Assembly: GCA_951406725.2 (NCBI GenBank)
Contig: OX597816.1
Span: forward strand, 29,884,001 to 29,948,000
Source: Octopus vulgaris
Lineage: Eukaryota
Length of the DNA stretch: 64,000 bases
Direction: 5' to 3'
Part shown: positions 38,029-51,977 of the stretch, one piece after another
How the letters are laid out: each line of letters begins with the position of its first letter
Position numbering within the stretch: the first letter of the stretch is position 1
Position numbers and translations under genes: made by a program
The notes under the pieces: generated by a model
What the model was told of the DNA's origin: nothing
What the model saw: the letters and a program-made list of their open reading frames with translations, nothing else
The model's database searches: none

Positions 38029-39023
38029 CATACATACATATATACATACATATATATATACATGAAATTAATGTACACATACATGCATACGAACGTACAT
38101 GGAACGGAGAATAGCAAAATGTTTAACAGACCCTCCCTTATTCTGGCTATCATTAAATCAAGTGACTAGTGATTTCCTCCATGGAAACTTGTAATCAACG
38201 ATGCTATTGTTCGTCAGTTGACATATATAAATTAAAACGTTAACAGTTACATGCTGTTTCTTCATAATGTTGCAGTTAAGAATCATTAGAAGAGAATAAA
38301 ATATAGGGAAATGTCTAAAGTAAATAGATTCAGTCGTCTTTCAGTGATCACGTATTATAAAAGTATCGATAATATTAATACGCTAACGTTTTGTTTTTGT
38401 ACGTACCTGTTGTGTGCGTCACACTTACTGCAAAGAAGTGGCAAAGCGAGAGAGAGGAGGACAGAGAGGAAGTAAGATAGAGAGAGAAAGCGGGAGAGTG
38501 AAAGATACAGTGAGTGGTGACGGCGTTCGTTTTGTGTTTTTTAATGTTTCAGAGAGGACGTAAGAGAGAAAGAAAGAGAGTGAGGGAGAGAGAAGAAGTG
38601 AGAGAGAATGAAAGAGACAGTGAGTGATGACAGCGTTCATCGCAAGAGAAGTAGCTACAGAGATACATATACACATTGTTAAATCAAAAGCAGGAGAGAA
38701 GAGGGACACAAAGGAAATGAAAGAGAAAGACACAGTAAATATTAGATATCAATTTCACTTTCCATTAGCATACGAGGATAAAATTAACTTACAAATAGCT
38801 GAGTATTCTACAGACATGCATAACATTAACGTATTTCTCAGGGAGATTCAGCCTTACACAGAATATGGCAAGGCTAGCCCCTTTGAATTACAGCTACAAC
38901 TCGAGACATATGTATGTATATGGGGGGGCGTAGAAGGTTAGTGGTGACTCAAAGGAAGTTGGTGTTTGTTTCGTTTTTTCAACCACAGAAAATATTGGAT
39001 ACCGTATCCTAAACAAAAACTTC

Positions 39024-39470
39024 GGATCTTTTCGGTTTGAACGGCAGTTTTTTCGAGCGGTGTCATATGAAATTGTCACCCATATTTATGACCCTAGAAT
39101 CGATCTATTGCATTTCGATCTCTTTTAGGGTTAAGGTTAGTTAGGGTTAGTTAGGGTTAGGGTTAAGGTTAAGTGTGGGGGAAGGATATCTTTTTTTCTT
39201 CACAAATGTAAATAAACCTAATGTGTTTCTTAAACGAGGGACATATTCATACGGCACAGAATGCTTTTTAACTCAATAGACGTCAGTGATTGGTTGGAAT
39301 TGCAGAAATTGAAGAAAAAAAACAACAAATATCTTACAAACTATAGAATTTTCTCAATAAAGCCAAGAGAAAAGATGTTTTATAGACACATTCTACCAGT
39401 ATACGAAGTTTAAAATTTTTTAGTTACCTAGAAATTATGTTAAAAACTGCCGTTCAAACCGAAAAGATCC
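39024..39470 (+). mobile_element. TTAGGG-containing MITE, copy 3
   Basis: TIRs; 8-bp TSD AAAACTTC. Confidence 0.94.
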
Positions 39471-40430
39471 AAAACTTCTAATAACATTCGTATATGTTTT
39501 TCAACTGAAACACTGAATCATTTTGGACATTTATTGTTTTAATTGCACGAGAAAAACTGAGGGAGAAAGAGAGAGTGAATGAAAGAGTTTGAAAACACAA
39601 CTAAAACAATTCCAATCAGTGGCAAAGCAACAGGTAGGAAGAAAGACAGAGAGGGGTGAAGACTTCGTTGTGGACTATCTGACACTTACTCTCTGTCTGC
39701 CTCTCTCTCTCTCTCTCTCTCTCTCTAGGTATGTTTGTGCATGTGTGTGCATGTATGTGTATGTTTGTATGTAAGTTACCGGCTGACACTCGCTGACGAT
39801 ACATCGAAGAGGCCAGGGAACAGAAAAAAGAAGAAGAAAGAAGACGTGCACCCAACACCAGAGCTGAAGACACCTCCGAAAGAGGGGGGCGCCACGTCAA
39901 AACGGTAGAGGAGTAGGGGCCGAAACCAGACGTGGCTCCTCCTGATGATGTCTTGAGCTAACTGGATCCTATAAAGGAGCTGTTGTGGTAGCAGACCACG
40001 AAACCCGGTTGTATTTCCCCCTGATTGCACGTGTTGCCGTTTTGAATTCCTTTCTGCGACTGACCTTAAACTGCTATTAAAAGTCCAACCACACACACAC
40101 ACACGCACACGTTTTTTAACCCATTTGAACTACAGCCATACACCAAAACACGAGGTGTTTTGCACCAAAATTAAAATTTTTAATTTGTTTTCATTATAAA
40201 ATTACACCTCAGCTAAAAAACATCTTTTGGCTTCAGAATACAACGTTGTCTTTTTCTTTCTACATTTTTTAAGTTAGAATTTCTGGCTCATTTGTTGATG
40301 TGTCATCATTACACATCCACATTACACCTTTAAGATCGAGGAACAAGTTAGGGCCCGCTGGATCTCTTTCGGCATACCAGCAAACCACAAAATCGCACCA
40401 ACCAGCTTCACCACTACCTCTAAGCCCATC

Positions 40431-40465
<35 letters not shown>

Positions 40466-41276
40466 TGTATGTATGTATGTATGTATGTATGTGTGTATGC
40501 GTGTATGTATGTATGTGACTGTTTGTGTCTGTTTGTCCCACCACCACCATTGCTTGACAACCGGTATTGGTGCATTTGCGTCCCTGTCGTTTCGCTGTTC
40601 AGGCTTACAGGGAATAAGTCCAAGGGTCAATTTCTTCGACAAAAAGGGCGGTGCTCCAGCATGGTCACCGTCAACTGACTGAAACAAGTAAAAGAATAAA
40701 AGAATACCAGAAAAACATTCCGTACCACTAAATCAAGAAGGTTCTTTAAATAGTAATTCCGTTTACGTGGAGGTGGCCAGTAGATTAGATCGACCTCAGT
40801 ACACAACTGGTACGTAATTTATCGACCCCGAAAGAACGAAGGGCAAAGCTGACCTCGACAGAATTTGAACTCAGAACGTAAAGAAAGACGGTCATAATAT
40901 ACAAACATTTCTCATGGCACCAGTACACTGTATACAGATGTTTACATTTTTTATGTTTTCCGTGAATTTTTCACGGGTCCACCTAGTGTATAATATGTTT
41001 GTCACAGCCTTCATTTGTTTGAGTGTTAGGCCTCCGAAACTTTATCTATAAGAAGGAATCGAAGATATAATGAGAATATTTAGTATGGTGAATCAAGGCC
41101 GGGTGCTATGCTTTCAACAGCTTTAAGTTTATAAAGGAATCTGGAACATAATCGAGATATTTAATGCAATGATTCAAGGTCGCGTGTTAGGCTTTCGACA
41201 ATCTTATGTACGGAAGGTAATTGGAGGCATAATTGAAATATTTAATATTATGAAGCAATGTTAACCTTATAAAATA

Positions 41277-41665
41277 CTAGCAGTATCACCCAGCGTTGCT
41301 CAGGTTTGTTTCGACCTTTTAGATTTGGAATTTTTGAAAAGTAAAACTTTTGCATTATGTAGCTTCTTATTCTCTTTAAGTGAACATATTTCGGGTTGAA
41401 ATATACCGAAAATGGCGACACAGTAGTCAAAAAAATCGTAAAAAATAGGGATTTTCATAGAAAAAAGTACCTTTTTGATGTAAATAATTTTTGGTCTTAA
41501 CGTGATCCGATTTGAATTTTATCTTCTACGGAATGTAGAGCAAGCCTTCTTCTATCATACTCTCAATTTTGGTCAACTTGCGCCGCAGGGTCTCGGAGGA
41601 GATAGTGTTAGTTGAAGGCTACCAAACCTGTCACACACAGACAACTTCAGCTTTATATATATAGA
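41277..41665 (-). mobile_element. Non-autonomous Helitron
   Basis: Minus strand begins A|TCTATATATATAAAG and ends with hairpin CCTGAGCAACGCTGGG then CTAG|T; no TSD. Confidence 0.85.
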
Positions 41666-41869
41666 TTATAACATTTAAAAATCACGGAAATTCTTCGGCT
41701 TCCGCTAACATTTTATTAATTTCCATGATCACTGTTGTTATTGGCGTGGTTTTTGTTGTTACTGTTTAGTCCCGATGTCATTGAGGATTTAGGAGACTTA
41801 TGATCAGAGAAATCTTCTATGCAACATCTTGACATTTATTTAGTTAGAATTCGATATTTTCACCTCTTT

Positions 41870-42262
41870 TACTCTCTTTTACTCTGAGGTCATGCTGGAG
41901 CACCGCCTTTTAGTTGAGCAAATCGACCCCAGGACTTATTCTTTGTAAACCTAGTACTTATTCTATCGATCTCGTTTACCGAACTGCTAAGTTACGGGGA
42001 CGTAAACACACCACATCAGTTGTCAAGCGATGTTGGGGGGACAAACACAGACACACAGACATATACACTCATATATATATATATATATAAATGTATATAT
42101 ACGACGGGCTTGTTTCAGTTTCCGTCTACCAAATCCACTCACTAGGCTTTGGTCGGCCCGAGGCTATAGTAGAAGACACTTGCCCAAGGTGCCACGCAGT
42201 GGGACTGAGCCCGGAACCATGTGGTTCGTAATCAAGCTACATACCACACAGCCACTTCTACG
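41870..42262 (-). mobile_element. Family B SINE (CORE-like domain, bipartite)
   Basis: TGGCACCTTGGGCAAGTGTCTT core; internal microsatellite; AAAGAGT tail. Confidence 0.88.
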
Positions 42263-42371
42263 TATAATTTTGTAAACCTTCTTGTAAAAATGAGTTCGCG
42301 GTTATTTTTAGTGCTTTGAACGATTATAAGCAAATTCCTCATTGAGTACATAGTATTGTTGATGATGTTGC

Positions 42372-42412
<41 letters not shown>

Positions 42413-43084
42413 TCCGCCAAGACAGATATAATCAATAAAACTTATGATTACGGCCATGACAAAAAACCTCCTCTAAAAAATAATGGCACATCTTGGACTT
42501 CGTTATATCCGGTTTCCCTCTTGTAAAGCATTAAGCTGTGATATGAAGTATATATTACTGCTATTTCTAGCTGAACAAGCGACCTCATTTGCTTCTTTCT
42601 ACATTTGTAAACCCCAGTACTGTTTGCACAGAATGCTTTATGCAAAAGCATACAATTGATTCAATACATTATAGCAAATGAACTAGCGATGTGACGAACA
42701 GACAGACACCAAACAAACAAACAAACAAACACACAAATAAACAAGCAAATAATAATTAGGTGAATAAAATTAACAGAGAATATATATAAAAAAAATAATA
42801 AAAAGATTGCCTGCTATGAAAATAGAATCGCGATATTGGAATTCCTGCTGTCTAGACGGGAATGGTTAAAAAGAATGTTTGTTCTGAAGAACACTATCAA
42901 CAAATAGAAAATATACGAATAAACTAAATGTTTCGTTTTGTCAATATCTGACCAAACAGGAAAAAACAACATTTTGTTAAGTAAATAGTCCAGCATTTAT
43001 TCAAAGACATCACTGCTCCCCCTAACAGTTACATGCACAAAATACGCACTATACGTTTTACGTTATATGTACATGTGCGCTCAT

Positions 43085-43410
<326 letters not shown>

Positions 43411-43716
43411 CATTGAAAGGCTGGAGAATCAGGGGCAGATAACTGGTATTGACAATACGAATTTAGGACATAAAACAGATGAATGAATAAAAATAAATAA
43501 ATACATAAATATTCTTTCATTCATGACGTTGTTTGGAAGAGACATTGGAACAGAATTGAATATAAAGAAATCAGAATTTCCAATCTTATCAAATAAAGGA
43601 AGCAAAAAATATGCGCTAAGAATGAGATAATTTTCAATGGAGACACGTGATAAAAGCTGTGGAGTAGAGCAAAGAAACGCATTAATGGAATCGTTACAGT
43701 ACGGAATGAAGCTTCC

Positions 43717-43938
43717 CAGCTGGCAGAAACATTAGCACGCCGGGCGAAATGCTTTGTGGTATTTCGTCCGCTTCTGAGTTCAAATTCCGCCAAGGTCGAC
43801 TTTCCCTTTTATCCTTTCGGGGGTCGATAAATTAAGCACCAATTACGTACTTGGGGGTCGATGTAATCGACTTAATTCGTTTGTCTGTCCGTGTTTGTCC
43901 CCTCTGTGTTTAGCTCCTTGTGGATAGTAAAGAAATAG
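43717..43938 (+). mobile_element. Family A SINE
   Basis: Matches family consensus. Confidence 0.88.
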
Positions 43939-44844
43939 GTATCCATTCTAGCACTCTGAGTTCAATTCCTGTCTATGTTAACTTTATCTTTTATCGTTTC
44001 GGGGCCGATAGATAATACACCAATTCCAGATGTTGGGTTGTCGGAATTGTTAGAACGATTGTTGGGATGCCTTGTGGTGTATGTTTCGAATCTGTGCGTT
44101 CTGAAACAATGTTTACGATACCACTGTTGCTTAGTTGACTGATTATGTCTTTCCCTTAGAGAATATGAGTGGCATAGACATAGATAATAATATATGTGAA
44201 GTAAGATGTTGGTTTCTCACTATATATAGGTGTTCTCACTACTACTACTTGGAGAGAAACTTCCAGTTACAGCCCCTCATACAGAGGTTTCGGAGAGCAA
44301 GTAATTATTTAGTTTATTTTAGGTATTTAGACCAAGGGCAGATTTGAGCACCATCTTTAAGAAACAATTAAAACTCCGATGAGTAAAAATGACAGAAGCG
44401 GTGCGATTTCAATTCTTGATAAAGTAGTCATGCTAAAATGGTTATTGTAAATTTTTGTCAGTTTTTGTTTGGGAATTGTGTTAACAAGGTTTTCAGTCTT
44501 TCCGTGTATCTCTAACTTTTACGAACCACTATCATAGATTTCCAAATTTCTAGTTTGAATGATTTGAGATAAACACGAAATACCGCAAGACGAGGAACTT
44601 CCTGCTTGAATTTCACTCGAATCACATCATACCTCTTAAGATCTCGTCCAAAATGTAAAATCAGATGCATGAAACTAAAACGACTTTCATCATTCGCAAG
44701 CAAGTACGCCTTGATAGCATGCTCCGTACTTTCGCTAATTGTTTTATGTGTTTTGGTAGTCACGAACACAAATACTCTTTCAATCCCCCCATCTTTATCA
44801 CCGCGAAACATATACACACACATACATATATAAATGCATATATA

Positions 44845-45005
44845 CGACGGGCTTGTTTCAGTTTCCGTCTACCAAATCCACTCACTAGGCTTTGGTCGGC
44901 CCGAGGCTATAGTAGAAGACACTTGCCCAAGGTGCCACGCAGTGAGACTGAACTCGGAACCATGTGGTTTGTAAGCAAGCTACTTACCACACAGCCACTC
45001 CTACG
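44845..45005 (-). mobile_element. Family B SINE, 5' half
   Basis: Head and CORE-like domain. Confidence 0.85.
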
Positions 45006-46499
45006 TATAATTACAGATAATGACAGTTTAGTCATGACTGGGAGGCCTGTCATCTAAATCATTCCAATTAGAGTGTTGTGGATGGTTATTAAAAGATAAC
45101 TGAAAGAAAACAAAATATCATAATAGACAGAAACTAAAATGGTTTAACGAACCTGGAATTTCGAAACTAATGTATTCCATTTCAATTGTTCATCAATATT
45201 GAAAGCAAGATCTTCAAAAAGTTCAGCGGGTCCCATATCAAGTCGTGCCTTGAATATAGAAAAACATTTTCTAAATAACCCAAAAATACATTTTGATCTT
45301 GCTCAACAGTAAATTTAATAATGACAGTATAAATTTGCAAGCAAAATTTAATTTACATACTAAAGTGTAAAACAAGTAGTATATTTGATTTATACATTTA
45401 TTACTTTCCAGAGCTATGAAGGTCGGTTATATAAGGAATTTATTATAGAATTTATTGTACCAAATTATTAACTGACTGGTACATCTACTTCACTATTTGA
45501 GAGTCTTTCCATCACCATGAATTTCTCCTGGCGAAAGCACAACCTCAACATAGTAGTGACTAAATCCCAATGACTGGTCCTTCTCTTTAGGTTCAGAAAA
45601 TAGCTGTATACTCCGAAAATTTTTTACACTCTATAAAGCCAAAAAAGAAGTATTGCTCTCACTTTTGGAATACTTGACAACGTCAGAAAAGGGTTATCCG
45701 ACTGATTAGCACAAAATCCCTCATAAGAAACACACTCTAGCCTTTGGCCCACAAATGAGCTGTCTCCTTCCCAACCTTTTCAGCCACTACTATAATGGGC
45801 TCTACTTTTTGGGATTGTTTAAGCCTCCATTATTTCATCTCTCAGCTGACCATATAGCCAGCCTTCTCATATCCTTCCCGTACTTCACCAAAAACGCTAA
45901 TGGCTTCAGCTTCACTAGTTTAGGAAGGCATTCAAAAACCATGGTTTACTGTCCCTTACTTCAGACCCAGGTTTTGAAAAAAGCCGAGAAACTCACATTG
46001 TCATTACATGTCTCAAAACAGCAAGGACATATAAGATAATTTAACCCTACGTACACAAAGAAAAGAGATGGTCACAGCTAGGAGATCTTTGATTATACAT
46101 TTGTATGATTGGGACTGACTTTAGGCTAAAGAGCACACAATAACAACAAATGTTACTTAGATAAATAAAGCAAAATCTCCCTCGACAGATATTAGTCCAA
46201 AATATAGATATACCAGGCTGGATACTGCAACATATTTAGTCCCATAATCCACACACTCTATCAGTGACATAGTCATGGTGTGTGGTGTGCCTCCTAGAGT
46301 CGTCCATAAGTTAAGATGTACTCCATATCCTACGAAATCTACAACATAATAGATAGATATATAGTGTTACCTTTCTTGGCTCCTTTTAGCTACAGTAATA
46401 TTGTCTTCCAGCTCATATTTCCAATTGAACTTTTTTCTTTTAGTTTTTCATTTGAAGATTTAACATAAAACTTACAGCTTCAAAAAATAGCTTTAGATC

Positions 46500-47620
46500 T
46501 TAAAACTAATGAATAATCGCCTTTATCGAGTATTTTCTTTAAGATATTCCTTCAATAATGTTGCTCCTTACTACAATAAAGCATTGAAACTGAGCTTCAT
46601 TATAGAATTAATTATAAAAATAATGATAATTTTCAGGCGTAAAAATAGAAGACGAAAATTATTTGGTTCAAGGCACCATTCAATTTTAGGGAGTGTTCAC
46701 ATATTACTAAGCATTTCTTGTATTAGACACTTCCCTAAGAACCATAAATATCACAAAAAGAAATGCTAGAAAAAAGTTTTAAAATTTAGCTATGTGAATA
46801 AACCTAAAGTAGGTATAGCAAACTCAGTAGTAAAACTCAGAAACAACCTTATACATCTAGCATATCCTGCTCGTGTAACGGTCTTAATCTCATAAATTAT
46901 CCAAGAAATAATTTATCTTTCAAAATGTTAATAGTTTATTGTACAAAATGTCCATAAGCGCAGGAGTGGCTGTGTGGTAAGTAGCTTGCTAACCAACCAC
47001 ATGGTTCCGGGTTCAGTCCCACTGCGTGGCATCTTGGGCAAGTGTCTTCTGCTATAGCCCCGGGCCGACCAATGCCTTGTGAGTGGATTTGGTAGACGGA
47101 AACTGAAAGAAGCCTGTCGTATATATATATGTATGTGTGTGTATATATATATATGCGTGTACGTGTTTGTGTGTCTGTGTTTGTCCCCCTGGCATTGCTT
47201 GACAACCGATGCTGGTGTGTTTACGTCCCCGTCACTTAGCGGTTCGGCAAAAGAGACCGATAGAATAAGTACTGGGCTTACAAAGGATAAGTCCCGGGGT
47301 CGATTTGCTCGACTTAAAGGCGGTGCTCCAGCATGGCCGCAGTCAAATGACTGAAACAAGTAAAAGAGTAAAGAGTAATAGTGTATATTGGGTTGACTGA
47401 AATAAATTTAAAGGACGATTTAATCGCATCTCCGTTTTAATAAAAAAAGTCACTGGACTGTATTTTATCAAATATATATGAACTATAAAAAGTAACAATA
47501 TTAAGGATTGCAAAATTGCGTGAAATATATTAAAAGCCAGACTATATAAATCGAGTAAGAATTGGTGTAACCTTTACTTCTTTGTGATAATAAATATACT
47601 TTCCTATATAAGTTCCGTTT
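46500..47620 (+). mobile_element. Heavily decayed Penelope-like element split by a SINE
   Basis: FNNVAPYYNKALKLS, RHFPKNHKYHK, then YIGLTENKFKGRF...LSKYI*...WCNL. Confidence 0.62.
46958..47377 (+). mobile_element. Family B SINE, full length
   Basis: A box TGGCTGTGTGG, B box GGTTCAGTCC, CORE-like domain, AAAGAGT tail. Confidence 0.92.
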
Positions 47621-47820
47621 TGAACAAACATTCAGAACTGATGTCTTTTTGTCGGCATAAATCAAAATATTTCAACAAATATTTTGATTTACCTAACAAC
47701 TTATAAGCGTGTAGTCTAGTAATATATTGATCACATTTTCTTAAAAGAAAATCAAATAACTCTTCATTTAACGTGAATAAAAATACGGTATTTTTGTCGT
47801 CTGTGTGTGTAAGTACGTAC

Positions 47821-47887
<67 letters not shown>

Positions 47888-47995
47888 CATGACTGACCAG
47901 GCTATCAGATGTTGCTACATATCGCTGGTCACAATGCGCTTTGCATTGATTTAGCCTTCAAGTGACGCCACCCCGCTGGCTAAGCGAGCAGGCCA

Positions 47996-48062
<67 letters not shown>

Positions 48063-48072
48063 TATATGTACA

Positions 48073-48134
<62 letters not shown>

Positions 48135-48156
48135 CATATATATATATAATATACAC

Positions 48157-48196
<40 letters not shown>

Positions 48197-48333
48197 GTAT
48201 ATGTATGTATATATATACACATGTATATATATATGTATATATATATACATATACACATGTATATATACATATACACATGTATATATATATATACACATGT
48301 ATATATATATATAAAATGTGTGCGTGTGTCTGA

Positions 48334-48364
<31 letters not shown>

Positions 48365-48497
48365 GTTAGGGCAAAAGAATAGATCTCTAATGCCAAAATA
48401 TACCGAAAATAGACACAACGTCAAAAACCATGTAATTTATCACTACAAGCACGCGTTTCGAAGAAAGCCGATAGAAATTTCTAAAGAAATCCCGTTA

Positions 48498-48558
48498 TTA
48501 CCATATCGGACCCGATTTCAGAGTTAGTTCATAAGGACCTTCCCTTCATCAGTGATAA
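48498..48558 (-). ncRNA. Type I hammerhead ribozyme (AUA site), left arm
   Basis: TTATCA-CTGATGA-AGGG..CTCT-GAAA-TCGG gt CCGA-TA-TGGTAA. Confidence 0.75.
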
Positions 48559-48611
48559 ATGCGACAAAGAAATAAGTGAAATACTTATACCCACTTATTT
48601 CTTTGCCGCAT

Positions 48612-48672
48612 TTATCACTGATGAAGGGAAGGTTCTTATGAACTAACTCTGAAATCGGGTTCGATATGGTAA
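48612..48672 (+). ncRNA. Type I hammerhead ribozyme (AUA site after 48666), right arm
   Basis: CTGATGA 48618-48624; stem II AGGG/CTCT plus GGTTC/GAACT; GAAA 48651-48654; stem III ATCG/CGAT; stem I TTATCA/TGGTAA. Confidence 0.75.
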
Positions 48673-48887
48673 TAACGGGATTTTTAAAGAAATTTCTATC
48701 GGCTTTCTTCGAAAAGCGTGCTTGTAGTGATAAATTACATGGTTATTGACATTATGTCTATTTTCGGCATATTTTGGCATTAGAGATTTTTCTTTTGCCC
48801 TTACTTATAAATTGTTTATAAATTTAACCTTTAAAGGTAATTTTAAATATGTTGGCCATTGATAGAATTTTTTTCGAAAAATTTCAA

Positions 48888-49258
48888 ACCAGTCACATGG
48901 TTCCGGGTTCAGTCCCACTGCGTGGCACCTTGGGCAAGTGTCTTCTGCTATAGTCCCGGGCCGACCAATGCCTTGTGAGTGGATTTGGTAGACGGAAACT
49001 GAAAGAAGCCTGTCGTATATATGTATATATGTGTGTATATGTTTGTGTGTATGTGTTTGTATGTCTGTGTTTGTCCCCCTAGCATTGCTTAACAACCGAT
49101 GCTGGTGTGTTTACGTCCCCGTCATTTAACAGTTCGGCAAAAGAGACCGATAGAATAAGTACTGGGCTTACAAAGAATAAGTCCCGGGGTCGATTTGCTC
49201 GACTAAAAGGTGGTGCTCCAGCATGGCCGCAGTCAAATGACTGAAACAAGTAAAGAGA
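48888..49258 (+). mobile_element. Family B SINE, 5'-clipped
   Basis: Matches 46958-47377. Confidence 0.9.
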
Positions 49259-49460
49259 CTACATTAGATGTTAATTTAATAGTATTCACTTCCGCACTCT
49301 CTCACTTTACGCGAGTTTTTAGTTCGAATCGCACCTGTCTCGAGATGGGCTGGAGAGTTTCTATTTTTGGATATATTTGGGGTACTTATTTGTGCTCATG
49401 ACTTAGTGTTCGCTTCTTCCATGGTTATAAGTAAGCATTTCACTTATTTCTTTGCCGCAT

Positions 49461-49521
49461 TTATTACTGATGAAGGAAAGGTTCTTATGAACTAACTCTG
49501 AAATCAGGTCCGATATGGTAA
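49461..49521 (+). ncRNA. Third copy of the same hammerhead, with stem mismatches
   Basis: CTGATGA 49467-49473, GAAA 49500-49503; lies in a repeat copy spanning ~49425-49545. Confidence 0.62.
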
Positions 49522-49714
49522 TAACGGGATTTTTTTAGAAATTTCACTCACAAGATATCTAATCTATAGCTGCAGGGATATATCTAAAATGCAATGCATT
49601 GTCATCGAGTAATGAACCACGTGAGTACTAAGAGGACACCTTATCCCGCACATCCGTATCTCAAACTGAATCAACGTAAAATTAAATTACCTAGCAATAT
49701 TGGTTTTAAATCTT

Positions 49715-49917
49715 GGCACAAAGCTTGCAAGTTCGTAGGAGTGCGCAAGTCGATTACATTCATTCCAGGGTCCAACTGGTACTTAACTTATTTTATCGAC
49801 CTTGAAAGGTTGAAAGGTAATGTCGGGCTCGGCAGCATTTGACTCAGAATGTAAAGACGGACGAAATGATGTTAAGCACTTTGTTCGGCACGCTAAGGAT
49901 TCTTCCAGCTCACCGCC
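49715..49917 (-). mobile_element. Diverged family A SINE
   Basis: Reverse complement of the Nin-like domain and head. Confidence 0.8.
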
Positions 49918-49964
49918 ATAATTTCCCTAGAAATATTACAAAATATTTTATATAGAAACGAAAG

Positions 49965-50241
49965 TGGAGGCACATGGTGAGATCATGAGTTCGAATCTCA
50001 GATCGGGCGGTGTGTGTGTTTATGAGCGAAACACCTAAACTCCACGCGGCTCCGGCAGAAGGTAATGGCGAAACTTCTGCTGACTCTTCCGCCACAACTT
50101 TCTCTCACTCTTTCCTCCTGCATCTTGCAGCTCACCTGCGATGGACCGGCGTCCTATCCAGGTGGGGAACCTATACGCTAAGAAACCGGGAAACCGGCCC
50201 TTATGAGCCAGGCATGGCTCAAGAAGGAACAAACAACAACA
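49965..50241 (+). mobile_element. Family C tRNA-derived SINE with Meta/V-like domain
   Basis: GTTCGAATC B box; CCTGCGATGGACCGGCGTCCTATCCAGG...GAAACCGGG; AAC tail; body shared with 62411-62595. Confidence 0.7.
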
Positions 50242-50946
50242 TATAGAAACGAAGCGGCAACTTATGCCTTACGACTGAAACCAACCAATACCTTTCGACC
50301 CGCAAATAGTTTAAATAAATACTCACTTGTAAAACCGTTACACAGCCATATATATCTGACCATTGACTCCTCACACACCCATCAATAGGGTTCTGTCCAA
50401 CTTTAATTGTCCACTCCATGGATGTCTCTATCCAAGACTGAATAACCTTCCAAGCATTGTTCACATCTTCGCTGTAAACTTCCTGTATTAAAGAGTAGCA
50501 TATAAAACTATGAGCGTGAATATGTGTGTGCATAAGAACATAAAACCATTGCGTACTACAATTAAGAAATGATACTATATTGCTGGTTTGCTACGATTAA
50601 TGTTGTTTAGTCCCAGATATACACTCGTTGAGTAGACGTATGTTCAAACGCATTTAAACCAAAACCATCCCGTCATTTGCTTCTCAGAAATTGTGTTTCT
50701 CTAATTCAACGGCGTTAGATTGTAAGGGTGATTTGATAGTCATTTCATGCACGCCAAGCAATTGCGTAGAGGACTCCGTCTATGCACTATCTTGCTGTTT
50801 TCTTTTTAGTCACGTCTCAATTTTCTATCTGCCTGATATCCCCTATTCTATTACTGGTATTGATGCTGTTGAGTTGTCAGTGATGAAAGACGAAGTACGT
50901 TCTTGTGTCATTAGAACTAGGAGTTTAAAATTACTGAAATATATAT

Positions 50947-51177
50947 ATTTATTTCTTTATTGCCCACAAGGAGCTAAACACAGAGGGGACAAACAAAGAC
51001 AGACAAAGAGATTAAGTCTACTACATCGAACCCAGTGCGTAACTGGTACTTTATTTATCGACCCCGAAAGGATAAAAGGCAAAGTCGACCTCGGCTGAAT
51101 TTGAACTCGGAACATATCGACAGACGAAAAACAGCTACGCATTTCGCCCGACTTGCTAACGTTTCTGCTAGCTCGCC
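50947..51177 (-). mobile_element. Family A SINE
   Basis: Reverse complement of consensus. Confidence 0.87.
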
Positions 51178-51825
51178 AGTGCAGCAGTCAATGATGTCAA
51201 CTCATTCATTGTCGATGGTACGTGTCCATATATGTATATATCAGTGTGCGTATGTCTGTGTGTATATATATGTATATACGTATATGTGTGTTTGTATGTA
51301 CTTGAGTCTATGTGTTCATGCACGTGAATATGCATATACCTTTGTAAGGGGGGGCGGTGTGTGCGCGTATGTTTGTATGTGGTTGAGCACGTGTCTGTGT
51401 TAGTATTGACGGATTGTCCGGATACGCAAGTTTTAATTTTAGAAAAATAACACACGGGACGATGTTGGCTCTGATACACTTATTGGTATGATGGTGACGG
51501 TTATATCTTTGATAATATCCGTGATAACTTAGGGCTAACTCTGGGGGCGAAATAATAGCAGCAATTACAACAACAACGGTAATAAACACTGGGCAACTGC
51601 GTAATTTTCCTCGTTGATTGGTTTGCAGATGACCGCTGCCTGTAGCGGTTGTGCATACAGACCCGCCGAGGTCAACTTTGCCTTTCATCCTTTCGGGGTC
51701 GATTAAATAAGCACCAGTTGCGCACTGAGGTTGATATAATTGACTTAATCCCTTTGTCTGTCCTTGTTTGTCCCTTCTATGTTTAGCCCCTTGTGGGCAA
51801 TAAAGAAATAAATAGTACATACAGG

Positions 51826-51857
<32 letters not shown>

Positions 51858-51977
51858 TGCATGGTGTTCGTGCATAAATGTGAGTGCATATGTGTGTGAT
51901 TGCAGGATTGTGTGTGAGCGTGAATATGTGTGTGCATAAGAATGTATCTATGTTTATATACATATCATATACATATA

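Larger units (their letters stand above)
48368..48801. repeat. Long palindrome: ~210-bp arms, 13-bp spacer
   Basis: 48368-48578 is the reverse complement of 48592-48801 with scattered mismatches. Confidence 0.93.

Noticed and set aside
39940-40012. CTGATGA...GAAACCCGGTT hammerhead-like motif
   Set aside because: No stem I and no convincing base to stem II.
44350-46000. Possible decayed LTR retrotransposon or gene remnants on the minus strand (RLAVFRVYLKSFKLEI)
   Set aside because: One weak RNase H-like resemblance amid many stops; not enough to call.
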